From positions 16,716 to 80,715 of the forward strand of contig CALKEO010000001.1 in NCBI GenBank assembly GCA_938088195.1: a DNA stretch of 64,000 nucleotides, given 5' to 3'. The notes beneath the pieces were generated by a model. It saw only the letters and a program-made list of their open reading frames with translations, ran no database searches and was not told the DNA's origin. Both the position numbers and the translations under genes were made by a program. Source of the stretch: an uncultured Flavobacteriaceae bacterium. GTDB taxonomy: Bacteria > Bacteroidota > Bacteroidia > Flavobacteriales > Flavobacteriaceae. Positions 31,148-41,938 of the stretch are shown piece by piece; the stretch's first letter is position 1; each line of letters opens with the position of its first letter.

Positions 31148-31963
31148 TTAATATTGTTCGTTCTTACTAGGAAAATTTAAGTTTTTTACATCCTCTATGT
31201 ATTTTTTAATAGCATCAGACATTAAATGATTGAGATCAATATATCTTCTAAGAAATCTGGGATTAAATTCAGTGCTTAAACCTACTAGATCATGGGTAAC
31301 TAGTACTTGTCCATCAACATAACTACCAGCTCCAATTCCAATAACAGGCACTTTAACAGCTTTAGTTACTTTTTTTGAAACTGAGGCAGGAATTTTTTCT
31401 AAAACAATGCCAAAACATCCTAATTCATCTAAAATTTTAGCATCGTTAATTAGTCTTTCTGCTTCTTTTTTTTCTTTAGCTCTCACTGTGTAAGTTCCAA
31501 ATTTATAGATAGATTGGGGAGTCAAACCTAAATGTCCCATTACGGGAATTCCAGCGTTTAAAATTCTAATAATTGATTCTTTTATTTCAATTCCTCCCTC
31601 CATTTTAACAGCATGTGCGCCAGACTCTTTCATAATTCTAATTGCAGATCTTAATGCTTCGTTCGGGTCAGACTGGTAGCTACCAAAAGGAAGATCTACT
31701 ACAACTAATGCTCTTTTAACTCCTCTTACCACAGACGAGGCATGATAGATCATTTGATCCAAAGTAATTGGAAGTGTTGTTTCGTGCCCTGCCATCACAT
31801 TTGAAGCTGAATCTCCAACAAGAATTATATCAATTCCGGAGGAATCAATAATTTTAGCTATTGAAAAATCATATCCTGTTAACATGGATATTTTTTCATT
31901 TCGATTTTTCATTTCGAGCAATGTACGGGTCGTAACTCTTTTAAGTTTTATGTTAGACATCAC
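31148..31963 (-). CDS. panB: 3-methyl-2-oxobutanoate hydroxymethyltransferase
   Basis: 271 aa. [22 protein letters not shown]. Confidence 0.94.
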   Translation of the reverse strand: MMSNIKLKRVTTRTLLEMKNRNEKISMLTGYDFSIAKIIDSSGIDIILVGDSASNVMAGHETTLPITLDQMIYHASSVVRGVKRALVVVDLPFGSYQSDPNEALRSAIRIMKESGAHAVKMEGGIEIKESIIRILNAGIPVMGHLGLTPQSIYKFGTYTVRAKEKKEAERLINDAKILDELGCFGIVLEKIPASVSKKVTKAVKVPVIGIGAGSYVDGQVLVTHDLVGLSTEFNPRFLRRYIDLNHLMSDAIKKYIEDVKNLNFPSKNEQY

Positions 31964-32095
31964 AATTTTCTTGTAAATGTAATTTAAATATTAATTCTTT
32001 AAAATCTATTTCTTTTTCATGTCACTATGTCAGTAAATTTATCATGGCATAATCATTGGAATAACGATAAAGATTAATGTTAAAAAATATAAATA

Positions 32096-34009
32096 ATGAA
32101 TAAAATAATTGGAATTGATCTAGGAACAACTAACTCTTGCGTTTCTGTAATGGAAGGTAATGAACCTGTTGTTATACCAAATGCTGAAGGTAAAAGAACA
32201 ACTCCCTCGGTAATTGCTTTTGTTGAGGGTGGCGAAATAAAAGTAGGAGATCCTGCTAAAAGACAAGCAGTTACTAATCCAACAAAGACTATTGCATCAA
32301 TCAAAAGATTTATGGGTAGTAAGTATAGTGAATCTAAAAAAGATGCCGATCGATCGGCTTATAAAGTTGTTAAAGGTGACAATGATACAGCCAGAGTTGA
32401 CATTGATGGAAGATTATACACTCCTCAAGAATTATCTGCAATGACATTACAAAAAATGAAAAAAACTGCAGAAGATTATTTAGGTAATTCAGTAACAGAA
32501 GCAGTAATTACTGTTCCTGCATATTTTAATGATTCTCAAAGGCAAGCTACTAAAGAAGCTGGCGAAATAGCTGGACTTAAAGTTCAAAGAATTATAAATG
32601 AACCAACAGCCGCAGCGCTAGCTTATGGTTTAGATAAATCAGGAAAAGATCAGAAAATTGCTGTTTATGATCTTGGAGGAGGAACGTTTGATATATCTAT
32701 TTTGGAACTCGGTGACGGAGTTTTTGAAGTGCTTTCCACCAACGGAGATACTAGACTTGGAGGAGATGATTTTGATGACGCAATCATTCAATACTTAGCC
32801 GATGAATTTTCAAAACAGGAAGATATTGATTTAAGAAAAGATCCAATGGCTTTACAAAGACTTAAAGAAGCTGCTGAAAAGGCAAAAATTGAACTTTCAT
32901 CATCTGCTCAAACAGAAATAAATCTCCCTTACATTTCTGCAACTGCATCTGGACCTAAGCACTTAGTAAAAACTTTAACTAAATCTAAGTTTGAACAACT
33001 TTCTTCAGAATTAGTTAAAAGATCAATGGAACCCGTTAAAAAAGCTTTAAGTGATGCAGGGCTTGACGTTAAAGATATTAACGAAGTAATTTTAGTAGGG
33101 GGCTCTACCAGAATACCAATTATCCAAGAAAAGGTAGAGAAATTCTTTGGTAAAAAACCTTCCAAGGGTGTTAACCCGGATGAAGTAGTAGCTATTGGTG
33201 CCGCTATTCAAGGTGGTGTTTTAACAGGTGATGTAAAAGATGTGTTACTTTTAGATGTGACACCTTTATCTTTAGGTATAGAAACAATGGGTAGTGTTAT
33301 GACTAAATTAATTGAATCAAATACTACTATTCCAACTAAAAAATCTCAAGTATTTTCTACTGCTGCCGATAATCAACCTTCAGTTGAAATCCATGTTTTA
33401 CAAGGTGAAAGACCAATGGCAAAAGATAACAAAACAATTGGAAGGTTTCACCTAGATGGTATTCCTCCATCTCCAAGAGGCGTTCCTCAAATTGAAGTAA
33501 CTTTTGATATTGATGCTAATGGATTAATCCATGTAACGGCTGCTGATAAAGCAACTGGAAAAACACAAGATATAAGAATTGAGGCATCATCTGGACTTAC
33601 TGAGGAGGAAATTGATAAAATGAAGAAAGAAGCTGAAGCAAATGCTGAATCTGATAAAAAAGTTAAAGAAGAAGTAGATACTTTAAATAGTGCTGATGCC
33701 ATGATATTTCAAACTGAAAGTCAATTAAAAGAATATGGTGATAAATTATCTGACGATAAGAAAAAAGCAATTGAAGAATCTCTTGAAAATTTAAAAAAAT
33801 CTCATGAATCTAAAGATGTTGAAAGTATAAAAACGGCATTGGATGGAATAAATGAGGCTTGGAAAAATGCATCTGAAGAAATGTATAAAGCACAAGCTGA
33901 ATCTGGAGCTGGAAGTCCTGGAGGAGATCCAAGTGGATCTGCCCAAAATGATGATAAAAAGGACTCTTCCGATGATGTTCAGGATGTAGATTTTGAAGAG
34001 GTTAAGTAA
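32096..34009 (+). CDS. dnaK: Molecular chaperone DnaK (Hsp70)
   Basis: 637 aa. [30 protein letters not shown], acidic C-terminus ending DVDFEEVK. Confidence 0.99.
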   Translation: MNKIIGIDLGTTNSCVSVMEGNEPVVIPNAEGKRTTPSVIAFVEGGEIKVGDPAKRQAVTNPTKTIASIKRFMGSKYSESKKDADRSAYKVVKGDNDTARVDIDGRLYTPQELSAMTLQKMKKTAEDYLGNSVTEAVITVPAYFNDSQRQATKEAGEIAGLKVQRIINEPTAAALAYGLDKSGKDQKIAVYDLGGGTFDISILELGDGVFEVLSTNGDTRLGGDDFDDAIIQYLADEFSKQEDIDLRKDPMALQRLKEAAEKAKIELSSSAQTEINLPYISATASGPKHLVKTLTKSKFEQLSSELVKRSMEPVKKALSDAGLDVKDINEVILVGGSTRIPIIQEKVEKFFGKKPSKGVNPDEVVAIGAAIQGGVLTGDVKDVLLLDVTPLSLGIETMGSVMTKLIESNTTIPTKKSQVFSTAADNQPSVEIHVLQGERPMAKDNKTIGRFHLDGIPPSPRGVPQIEVTFDIDANGLIHVTAADKATGKTQDIRIEASSGLTEEEIDKMKKEAEANAESDKKVKEEVDTLNSADAMIFQTESQLKEYGDKLSDDKKKAIEESLENLKKSHESKDVESIKTALDGINEAWKNASEEMYKAQAESGAGSPGGDPSGSAQNDDKKDSSDDVQDVDFEEVK

Positions 34010-34032
34010 TTGATATTATTTTTATAATTTTA

Positions 34033-34067
34033 AAAACGCATTACTAATACTAATGCGTTTTTTTATA
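34033..34067 (+). terminator. Rho-independent terminator after dnaK
   Basis: aaaacgcatta-ctaatac-taatgcgtttt (11-bp stem) followed by a T-run. It covers the first codons of tracked ORF 34053, which argues for the ATG at 34077 as the true start of the next gene. Confidence 0.75.
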
Positions 34068-34076
34068 TTTAAAGTT

Positions 34077-34496
34077 ATGGACAAAAAAAATATACTTAAG
34101 AAAATTAACTCGGCAAATAAAGATACCTTGATGGAAACACTGGATATTGAATTTATCGACATAGGTGAAGATTTTTTAGTAGCGAAAATGCCAGTAACTT
34201 CAAAAGTTTATCAGCCTGATGGAGTGTTACACGGTGGGGCTACAGTTGCGTTGGCAGAATCGGTTGGTAGTGCAGTATCATATATGTCTGTTGACTATAT
34301 AAATCAAACAGTGAGAGGAATAATTATTTCAGCAAATCATTTAAAAAGTGTTAAAGAAGGATATGTTTATGCAAGAGCAACACCTCTTCACAAGGGAAGA
34401 ACAACTCAGCTATGGGAAATTAAAATTACTGATGATAACGATAACTTAATATCTCATTGCAAGCTTTCAACAATGGTTTTAAATAAAAATAATTAA
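34077..34496 (+). CDS. PaaI-family hotdog-fold thioesterase
   Basis: 139 aa from the ATG at 34077. LHGGATVALAESVGS motif. Confidence 0.82.
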   Translation: MDKKNILKKINSANKDTLMETLDIEFIDIGEDFLVAKMPVTSKVYQPDGVLHGGATVALAESVGSAVSYMSVDYINQTVRGIIISANHLKSVKEGYVYARATPLHKGRTTQLWEIKITDDNDNLISHCKLSTMVLNKNN

Positions 34497-35408
34497 ATGT
34501 TTTTAGAAAATGTTTTGAATGTAAAAAATGAGTGGTGGAGGTACTTTTTAGGGTGTATTATAATTTTTATTGGGACTCAATTAGGATCAATTCCATTTGT
34601 AATTGCAATTTTCTCAAAAATTGGAGCAGAGGGTGCTTCTAAAATTGATCAAACTAGTATGATGTATGTTTTGGAAGACAGTAATTTAACTTTATTTTAC
34701 TTTTTACTACCCTATTTGTTTGGCTTTATTGGAATCATTTTGGTAATAAAATTTTTACACAATCAAACTTTTTTATCCATTACAACTTCCAGAAAAACGA
34801 TCGATTTTTCAAAAATGAGAACATCATTTACTATTGCATCTTTTTTTGTGATTGTAACAACTGTTTTTAGCTATATCATTTATCCTGATGAATATACTTA
34901 TAATTTCGAGTTAACACCTTTTTTAATATTATTTTCAGTTGTAGTTCTATTAATTCCTATACAAACGAGTTGGGAAGAGTATGTTTTTCGAGGTTATCTA
35001 ATGCAGGGTATTGGTGGAATGGTAAATAACAAATGGGTACCATTAATAATTACCTCCATTTCATTTGGTTTATTACATTATTGGAATCCTGAAGTTATGA
35101 AATTAGGTCCCGTTTTGCTAATTCATTATGTGTTAACCGGATTATTTTTTGGAATAATCACCTTAATGGATAAAGGGATGGAACTTGCTATAGGCTTTCA
35201 TGCAGGAAACAACATGCTAATTGCCCTATTAGTTACAGCAGATTGGACTGTTTTACAAACTAATTCGATTCTAAAAAGTATTGGTCAGCCTGAAATTATT
35301 AGTATTTTAATACCAATTATTATTTTATACCCATTAACAATACTGTATTTTTCAAAAAAATACAATTGGAAAAACTGGAAAGAAAATTTGACTGGAAAAA
35401 TTAAATAA
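34497..35408 (+). CDS. CPBP-family intramembrane glutamic endopeptidase (CAAX protease-like)
   Basis: 303 aa, polytopic. EEYVFRGY, FGLLHYWN and GFHAGNN motifs. Confidence 0.82.
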   Translation: MFLENVLNVKNEWWRYFLGCIIIFIGTQLGSIPFVIAIFSKIGAEGASKIDQTSMMYVLEDSNLTLFYFLLPYLFGFIGIILVIKFLHNQTFLSITTSRKTIDFSKMRTSFTIASFFVIVTTVFSYIIYPDEYTYNFELTPFLILFSVVVLLIPIQTSWEEYVFRGYLMQGIGGMVNNKWVPLIITSISFGLLHYWNPEVMKLGPVLLIHYVLTGLFFGIITLMDKGMELAIGFHAGNNMLIALLVTADWTVLQTNSILKSIGQPEIISILIPIIILYPLTILYFSKKYNWKNWKENLTGKIK

Positions 35409-35476
35409 TTTTATAATTATTTTAACATTATAATTGTACAAATATTTTAATTTGCATAAACAACAACAATAAAGTT

Positions 35477-35656
35477 ATGGCATTAAACAAAAATGGAATT
35501 TTTGCTTGGGCATCATTTATTCTTACTGTTTTAGGAATTGCTCTTGTATTATTAGGGGTAATAAAGTATCGTGATTATGCAATCGGATTTTCAGTAGTTG
35601 GTGTTGGTTTTATATCGATTGGCTGGGCATTTAATGCACTAAAAGGAAGGGTTTAA
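35477..35656 (+). CDS. Small two-helix membrane protein (59 aa; absent from the ORF track because it is under 60 aa)
   Basis: ATG at 35477, TAA at 35654-35656. Translation MALNKNGIFAWASFILTVLGIALVLLGVIKYRDYAIGFSVVGVGFISIGWAFNALKGRV shows two hydrophobic helices joined by KYRDY. It fills an otherwise empty 250-nt gap. Confidence 0.5.
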   Translation: MALNKNGIFAWASFILTVLGIALVLLGVIKYRDYAIGFSVVGVGFISIGWAFNALKGRV

Positions 35657-35658
35657 TT

Positions 35659-37050
35659 CTACTTTCCAATCATTTGTTTTACATCGACCCAATTATCAAA
35701 TTCCTCAGGTGAAGTATAGCCTAATTTAATTGCTTCTTCTCTTAAAGTTGTACCGTTTTTGTGTGCAAGATTTGCTATTTCAGCAGCTTTATAATATCCA
35801 ATTTTACTGTTTAATGCAGTAATTAGCATTAAAGAATTATTTACTAATTCTTTGATTCTTTTTTTATTTGGTTTTATTCCGACAACACAATTGTGATTAA
35901 AACTTTTCACAGCATCACCTAAAAGTGTTGAGGATTCCAATAAATTAGCCGCCATTAAGGGTTTGAAAACGTTTAATTCATAATGGCCCTGCATTCCACC
36001 AATAGTAACCGAAACGTCGTTTCCAATTACTTTTGCACAAACCATAGTTAATGCTTCGCATTGTGTTGGATTTATTTTCCCCGGCATAATGGAACTTCCA
36101 GGTTCATTCGCTGGAATAGTAATTTCTCCAATTCCAGATCGAGGTCCGGATGCCATCATTCGAATGTCATTCGCAATTTTGTTTAAAGAATTAGCAATCA
36201 ATTTTAATGCTCCATGAGTTTCAACCAGAGCATCATGAGCGGCTATGGATTCAAATTTATTAATTGCTGAAATAAAATCTATCTCAGTAAATTTTGAAAC
36301 AAATTTGGAAGCAATTTCAGCGTAACCTTTTGGAGAATTTATTCCTGTTCCCACTGCAGTTGCGCCAAGAGCAAGTTCAGAAAGATGATTCAAAGAATTT
36401 TTTAAAGAATTTAATCCATGTTTAATTTGTGATTGATATCCTGAAAATTCTTGACCTAAAGTCACGGGCGTAGCATCCATTAAATGAGTTCTACCAATTT
36501 TAATAATATTTTTAAATTCAGAAACTTTACTAGAAAGAGTTTTTTCAAAATCCTCTAAATTAGGGATGGTATTTATTAATAATTTTTTATAAATAGCAAT
36601 GTGCATTGCAGTGGGAAAAGTATCATTTGATGATTGAGACATGTTAACATCGTCATTAGGAGAAAGAGTTTTTTCAGACTTACCTAATATTTTCCCCTCA
36701 ATTATATGAGCTCTGTTAGAAATAACTTCATTAATATTCATATTAGTTTGAGTTCCAGATCCTGTTTGCCAGATTACAAGAGGAAACTGCTTATCATGTT
36801 TACCGTCAATTATTTCATCACAAACTGATGAAATAAGATCTTTTTTTACTTTACTTAAAACACCTAATTTGTGATTTGCGTGAGCAGCAGCTTTTTTTAA
36901 ATATGCAAAACCATGAATTATTTCAATTGGCATTGATGAAGGTTTTCCTATTTTAAAGTTATTGATTGATCTTTGAGTTTGAGCTCCCCACAAACAATCA
37001 AAAGGAACTTTAACTTCCCCAAGAGTATCTTTCTCAGTTCTATATTTCAT
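35659..37050 (-). CDS. fumC: Class II fumarate hydratase
   Basis: 463 aa. Signature [13 protein letters not shown]. Confidence 0.97.
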   Translation of the reverse strand: MKYRTEKDTLGEVKVPFDCLWGAQTQRSINNFKIGKPSSMPIEIIHGFAYLKKAAAHANHKLGVLSKVKKDLISSVCDEIIDGKHDKQFPLVIWQTGSGTQTNMNINEVISNRAHIIEGKILGKSEKTLSPNDDVNMSQSSNDTFPTAMHIAIYKKLLINTIPNLEDFEKTLSSKVSEFKNIIKIGRTHLMDATPVTLGQEFSGYQSQIKHGLNSLKNSLNHLSELALGATAVGTGINSPKGYAEIASKFVSKFTEIDFISAINKFESIAAHDALVETHGALKLIANSLNKIANDIRMMASGPRSGIGEITIPANEPGSSIMPGKINPTQCEALTMVCAKVIGNDVSVTIGGMQGHYELNVFKPLMAANLLESSTLLGDAVKSFNHNCVVGIKPNKKRIKELVNNSLMLITALNSKIGYYKAAEIANLAHKNGTTLREEAIKLGYTSPEEFDNWVDVKQMIGK

Positions 37051-37067
37051 ATCTTGAAATTATACTA

Positions 37068-37075
37068 CAAATTTA
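37068..37075 (-). promoter_or_regulatory. Candidate Bacteroidota -7 promoter box for fumC
   Basis: The minus strand reads TAAATTTG (TAnnTTTG consensus) 17 nt upstream of the fumC ATG. It is embedded in a tandem repeat of TTTGTAGTA. Confidence 0.35.
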
Positions 37076-37172
37076 CTACAAAATTTTTTGTATTGATTTA
37101 CATTAATTGTTGAAAAAAATATTTCATGAAAAAGATATCTTTAATTATATTTGTTTTATAATAAATATTTAT

Positions 37173-37334
37173 ATGGAATTTGATCAATATCTAGGTTTTA
37201 TTTTGTTTTTAACAGTGTTGACAATGGGGTTCTGGTTAATGATATTGCTTTTAACTTTTATAATACCGTATTGGGTTAGTGGAGCTTTTTTTGAAAGAAT
37301 GAAGGAGATTAGAGATAAATTAAAAAAGAAGTAA
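37173..37334 (+). CDS. Small hydrophobic protein (53 aa from the ATG at 37173)
   Basis: MEFDQYLGFILFLTVLTMGFWLMILLLTFIIPYWVSGAFF followed by the basic tail ERMKEIRDKLKKK. The tracked 37107 start is a TTG in AT-rich leader. No homology recognised. Confidence 0.4.
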   Translation: MEFDQYLGFILFLTVLTMGFWLMILLLTFIIPYWVSGAFFERMKEIRDKLKKK

Positions 37335-37335
37335 G

Positions 37336-39768
37336 CTAACCTCCAAATCCTTCTCCTCCGTAGTCCTCATAATTTGATCTATTATTTGTTTGACTCTTTT
37401 TTTGATTAAACCTGTATATTAAGCTTAAATTAAAACTCCTTCCTCCTCTCCAACTAGATTCTGTATAGTTTTTATATGTTTCAGAAAATGTTTCTAATCT
37501 CCAATTCTGGGTTTCAAAAATGTCATTAATTTTAAATGTTAAAGTCATTTTATCGCCAAAAATATCTTTGCTAAACGCGGTATTAGTACTGACACTTGCC
37601 TTTCTAGTCGAAATAGCATTTTTTTGCGGTCCCCTATAACTCAGTCTAGTTTGCCAATCAATTGAAGAAAATATTTTTAAATAATTATTTAATCTTCCAG
37701 ACCATATTAAATTTTTTGAATTATAAACAATTTCATTATAACTACCAACTACATTTGATTGATAAAAATTAATATTACCACCAATTCTCCAATTTTTTGA
37801 ATGCGAATAATTAGTATTAAATTCAATACCTATTTCTTCTTGAGAAGATAAGTTTATTGGAGACCTTCTAATCACAGGAACAAGAATATCATTAACTAAA
37901 ACTGAATTTCCTGTAGCTTCGGTGATGAAAGTAAATATTTCATTTGATTTTTTATAGTACACTGAACCATTAAGTGTTGTTTTGTTTAGTCTTTTTAAAT
38001 ATCCTAGATCAATTCCATTTGAATAGGTTGGGTTCAAATAAGGATTACCCTGGAAAAAACTTGTTTCACTTGTTCTTGAGGGAAAAGGGTTTATAAAATA
38101 AGATCTAGGTCTGCTTATTCTTCTGTTGTATCCCAAAGTTATACTTTCATTTTCTTTGAGTTCGTATGCTAAATTTATTGTTGGAAAAAAATCATTGTAT
38201 TTTTTATTACTGTTACTATTACTTTCAAACTGTTTGACATTTGTTGATGATTCTTCAAATCTTAATCCAAAAAGAAATGATAATTTATTTGTTTTGTTCC
38301 CATATTGAGTATAAAATGCATTGATTTTTTCATTATAATAAAGATTGTTACTAAGGTTCGTATTTTTAATGAATTCACCATTTAAATTTTCATCTTCTAC
38401 TAAATAATCTGTAATTTGATAACGATTACTTCTTCTAAAACCCAATTCAAATTGTCCATCATCTCCAAGTGGTAATACATAATCAATTTTATAAAGTTCA
38501 CTGTCTTGATTTTCATTTGTATTAACTCTTTCACCTAAATATTTAATGAAATTTGGAACTGATTGTGTATTTGTAATAATACCAATTTCAATCTCTTTAG
38601 ATTTTTCTTTTTGAAAATCCATCGTTATATTACCCTTATTCTTAAACTCGTGAGTGAAATTTATAGAAAATTCTTTGGTGTCATCTGATTCATTTTCAAC
38701 CTCAGACCTTATTGAAGATTTCTTTTCACCTTGAAAATTTTGATTAATATTATTATTTGTAATATCCTTATCGTCACTATTTCTTGTCAAATAAGAAACT
38801 ACTAAACTTGTTTTGTCTGAAAAGAAATATTCAATACCAGTATTTTGATAATAAGAATCTCTTTCAGTATTTCTATTGCTATTTTCTTTAATAAAATTAT
38901 TTACTGGACTATTAGTAAAATATTCAGTTTCACTGACAGAGGGGTTTTCGTAACTACTCAGACTATAACCAGCGTTTGTAAAAAGATTAATTTTTTTAGT
39001 CCTGTAATTAATATTTCCTGAAAGTCCATAAGATTTTGGATCTCCTAAATTTGTTGATATTGAACCATTTAAACCTGCTAATTTATTTTTTCTTAAAACA
39101 ATATTAATAATTCCTGCTGTTCCTTCTGCATCATATCTTGCAGAGGGTGAAGTAATGATTTCAACTTTTTCAACACTTTCAGAGGGAAATTGCTTAAGCG
39201 CATCATTGCTACTAATACCAACTAGCCCCGACGGTTTACCGTTTATCAATATTCTGACGCTTTGATTTCCTCTCAGAGATACGTTTCCATCAATATCAAC
39301 AGCTACAGAGGGCAAATTATCTAAAACATCACTAACACTACTCCCTCTCAATGTTAAGTCTTTACCAATATTATATACTGTTTTGTCAAGTTTAATTTCA
39401 ACCTCTGTTCTTTCTCCAATTAATTCAATCTCGTCCAGTACATTTTCATCAATCGACATTAATATGTTTCCTAAGTCTTTAGTTTTTGAAATCGTTACAT
39501 TATTTAAAGTAAGTTCTTTGAATGAGATATAATTTAGTTTAATATCATAATTGCCTCTATTTATTTCTAGATTAAACTTACCATTCAAATCACTAATACC
39601 GCCATATTTAACAATGCTATCATTTACATTAAATAATGAAATTGTTGCATATTCAAGTGGTGTTTTAGAATCTTGATCTAAAATAGTTCCAGAAACTGTT
39701 ATAAAACCTTGTTGAGCATTAATAACATATGGAATAAGTATAAACAATATCAAATAAATTTTTTTCAT
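37336..39768 (-). CDS. TonB-dependent receptor / outer-membrane beta-barrel protein with an N-terminal carboxypeptidase-regulatory-like domain
   Basis: 810 aa. Signal peptide, TVSGTILDQDSKTPLEYATISL beta-sandwich, plug-like LRGNQSVRILINGKP, then a long barrel of alternating aromatic and polar residues. Confidence 0.8.
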   Translation of the reverse strand: MKKIYLILFILIPYVINAQQGFITVSGTILDQDSKTPLEYATISLFNVNDSIVKYGGISDLNGKFNLEINRGNYDIKLNYISFKELTLNNVTISKTKDLGNILMSIDENVLDEIELIGERTEVEIKLDKTVYNIGKDLTLRGSSVSDVLDNLPSVAVDIDGNVSLRGNQSVRILINGKPSGLVGISSNDALKQFPSESVEKVEIITSPSARYDAEGTAGIINIVLRKNKLAGLNGSISTNLGDPKSYGLSGNINYRTKKINLFTNAGYSLSSYENPSVSETEYFTNSPVNNFIKENSNRNTERDSYYQNTGIEYFFSDKTSLVVSYLTRNSDDKDITNNNINQNFQGEKKSSIRSEVENESDDTKEFSINFTHEFKNKGNITMDFQKEKSKEIEIGIITNTQSVPNFIKYLGERVNTNENQDSELYKIDYVLPLGDDGQFELGFRRSNRYQITDYLVEDENLNGEFIKNTNLSNNLYYNEKINAFYTQYGNKTNKLSFLFGLRFEESSTNVKQFESNSNSNKKYNDFFPTINLAYELKENESITLGYNRRISRPRSYFINPFPSRTSETSFFQGNPYLNPTYSNGIDLGYLKRLNKTTLNGSVYYKKSNEIFTFITEATGNSVLVNDILVPVIRRSPINLSSQEEIGIEFNTNYSHSKNWRIGGNINFYQSNVVGSYNEIVYNSKNLIWSGRLNNYLKIFSSIDWQTRLSYRGPQKNAISTRKASVSTNTAFSKDIFGDKMTLTFKINDIFETQNWRLETFSETYKNYTESSWRGGRSFNLSLIYRFNQKKSQTNNRSNYEDYGGEGFGG

Positions 39769-39815
39769 TTTTAAAAATATAGAGTTAAGACAAAATGATT
39801 TGGTAAAGGTTTATT

Positions 39816-40175
39816 TTATAAAATTTCAAGTATATTTTGAGGAGGTTTTGCTAGAACAGCTTTAGTTTTTGTTATAAAAAAAGGTCTGTGTAGCAGGGTT
39901 GGATGGTCAAAAATAAGTTGAATCACTTGATTTTTTGACAATTTCTTTGATTTATATAATTCTTTCCATACTTTTTCTTGTTTTCTTATTAAATCCATTG
40001 GATCTAATCCAGATTTGTTAATTAGACTTTCAATTTCTTTCTTATTTAATCGATTCTTTAAATAAAGGATGGTTTCAAATTCAATTTCTTTTGATATTAA
40101 ATATTCCAGACCTTCTCTTGATTTCCTGCATCTTGGATTGTGTAGCAATGTATATTTTTTAAATTTTGATTCCAT
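39816..40175 (-). CDS. ArsC/Spx/YffB-family thioredoxin-fold protein
   Basis: 119 aa. N-terminal YTLLHNPRCRKSREGLEYL (conserved Cys context) and HPTLLHRPF. Confidence 0.78.
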   Translation of the reverse strand: MESKFKKYTLLHNPRCRKSREGLEYLISKEIEFETILYLKNRLNKKEIESLINKSGLDPMDLIRKQEKVWKELYKSKKLSKNQVIQLIFDHPTLLHRPFFITKTKAVLAKPPQNILEIL

Positions 40176-40770
40176 ATTTTTTTAAAGCAATAATTAAATT
40201 TTTAGGAGATACAAATTGTATGCCATTAATTCCACATTTAATTGCTCCATCAACATTTGATATTCGATCGTCGATAAAAATACTCTTATTAGCAATTAAG
40301 CCATATTTTTTTAAAGTATAATTATAAATCTCAGGAAAGGGTTTGAGCATTTTAACTTTTCCTGACACAACAATTCCATCAAATAATTTTAAAAACTTAA
40401 ATTTTTTTACGGCAACAGGAAATGTTTCTGCACTCCAGTTTGTAAGAGCTATTAATTTATATTTTTTTCTTTTTAGTTTGTGTAATATTTCAACTGTTTC
40501 CCCAATTTCACCTTTCAACATTTCTTCCCATCTACCATAAAACATTTTAATTAATTTTTTATATTTTGGAAAAAGATTGATTCTTTCCTCAGTTGCGTCT
40601 GCCATTGGATAACCTCCATCTTGTTCTTCATTCCAACTAGATGTACAAATATTGTCAAAAAACCATTGCATTTTTTTTCTATCTCCGTTGAACTCATTTA
40701 AATACACATATTCCGGGTTCCAATCGACAAGAACACCACCTAAGTCGAAAATTATTGTTTCTATTTTCAT
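40159..40770 (-). CDS. HAD-superfamily hydrolase (haloacid dehalogenase-like)
   Basis: 203 aa. Motif I IIFDLGGVLVDW, motif II ALTNWS, motif III/IV FIDDRISN. Confidence 0.8.
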   Translation of the reverse strand: MKIETIIFDLGGVLVDWNPEYVYLNEFNGDRKKMQWFFDNICTSSWNEEQDGGYPMADATEERINLFPKYKKLIKMFYGRWEEMLKGEIGETVEILHKLKRKKYKLIALTNWSAETFPVAVKKFKFLKLFDGIVVSGKVKMLKPFPEIYNYTLKKYGLIANKSIFIDDRISNVDGAIKCGINGIQFVSPKNLIIALKKYGIKI

Positions 40771-40772
40771 AT

Positions 40773-41853
40773 TTAATTACTCATTAAAAATGCTTTTAAA
40801 AAAGCATTGATTCCACCATTTAAAACATCATCAACATTATTTGTTTCACATGATGTTCTAACATCTTTTATTAGTTTATAAGGGTGAAGAACATAATTTC
40901 TAATTTGCGAACCCCATTCTATCTTCATTTTATTAGATTCTATTTTTTCTCTTTCTGCCATTTTTTCTTTTAACTGAATTTCATATAATTGAGATTTAAG
41001 TAATCGCATTGCCTTTTCTTTATTTTCAAGTTGGGATCTAGTTTCCGAATTTTCAATAACAATACCAGAGGGAGCATGTCGAAGTCTAACAGCAGTTTCT
41101 ACTTTATTAACATTCTGTCCCCCAGCACCACTTGAACGCATTGTTTCCCAAGATATTTCAGAGGGATTAATATTTATTTCAATTGTTTCATCTACTAATG
41201 GATATACATATACTGAAGCAAATGAAGTATGTCTTTTTGCATTACTGTCAAAAGGAGATATTCTTACAAGTCTATGAACTCCATTTTCGCCTTTTAACCA
41301 TCCAAAACCATATTCTCCTTCTATTTCTATTGTAACAGATTTTAATCCCGCTACATCTCCTTGTTGTAAATCTAATTCTTTGACTTTGAAGTTATTTTTT
41401 TCTGCCCACATTACATACATTCTCATTAACATGTAAGCCCAATCGCAACTTTCGGTTCCACCAGCTCCTGCTGTGATTTGAATAACTGCACTCATTTCAT
41501 CTCCTTCACCAGAAAGCATATTTTTAAACTCTATGGATTCTACATGTTCGTTACATTTTTTGAAATGCATATTCAATTCGTTTTCGGGAATTTCCTCTGA
41601 CTTAAAATAATCATATATAATTTCAAGTTCTTCACATAGAGATTTTGCTTTTTCATAATCTTTAATCCACTGTTTTAAAGATTGAAGTTCTTTCATGACT
41701 TTTTGTGCTTTTTTCGAGTCATTCCAGAAATTTGGATCAAATGTGACTTCCTCTTTATTAGAAATTTCTATTTTTTTTGAGTCAATGTCAAAGATATCTC
41801 CTTAGTGCTTTGGTGCGCTCAAGGAGATTTTTTATTTGATCTACAGTTATCAT
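40773..41853 (-). CDS. prfB: Peptide chain release factor 2, expressed via a programmed +1 ribosomal frameshift
   Basis: ORF0 (41853..41788) encodes MITVDQIKNLLERTKALRRYL and then TGA. Skipping T at 41790 joins it to DIDSKKIEISNKEEV...MKELQSL... of tracked ORF 40773..41696. SPF (RISPFDS) and GGQ (SGAGGQNVNK) motifs are present. Total 359 aa. Confidence 0.95.
41787..41802 (-). promoter_or_regulatory. RF2 autoregulatory frameshift cassette
   Basis: The minus strand reads AGGAGA TAT CTT TGA C. This has the same architecture and spacing as the E. coli prfB site (SD-like element, 3-nt spacer, CUU UGA C). Confidence 0.93.
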
Positions 41854-41938
41854 ATATTTCAAATTTTCAACAAAAATACATTTAAATATGAATCAAAATA
41901 AACTTAATTAATTTTTATATTTAAGAAATTTAAAAAAA

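Noticed and set aside
31964-32095. Search for a CIRCE/HrcA operator or other heat-shock element in the panB-dnaK divergent spacer
   Set aside because: No TTAGCACTC-N9-GAGTGCTAA-type inverted repeat is present, and only weak 7/8 matches to TAnnTTTG were found. There is nothing I can support as a defined site.
32080-33702. Minus-strand ORFs of 71-78 aa inside dnaK (32080-32304, 32929-33165, 33487-33702)
   Set aside because: They are shadow ORFs in a highly conserved, relatively GC-richer gene. Their products are Ser/Ala/Leu-rich with no recognisable domains, and the dnaK reading frame explains the whole region.
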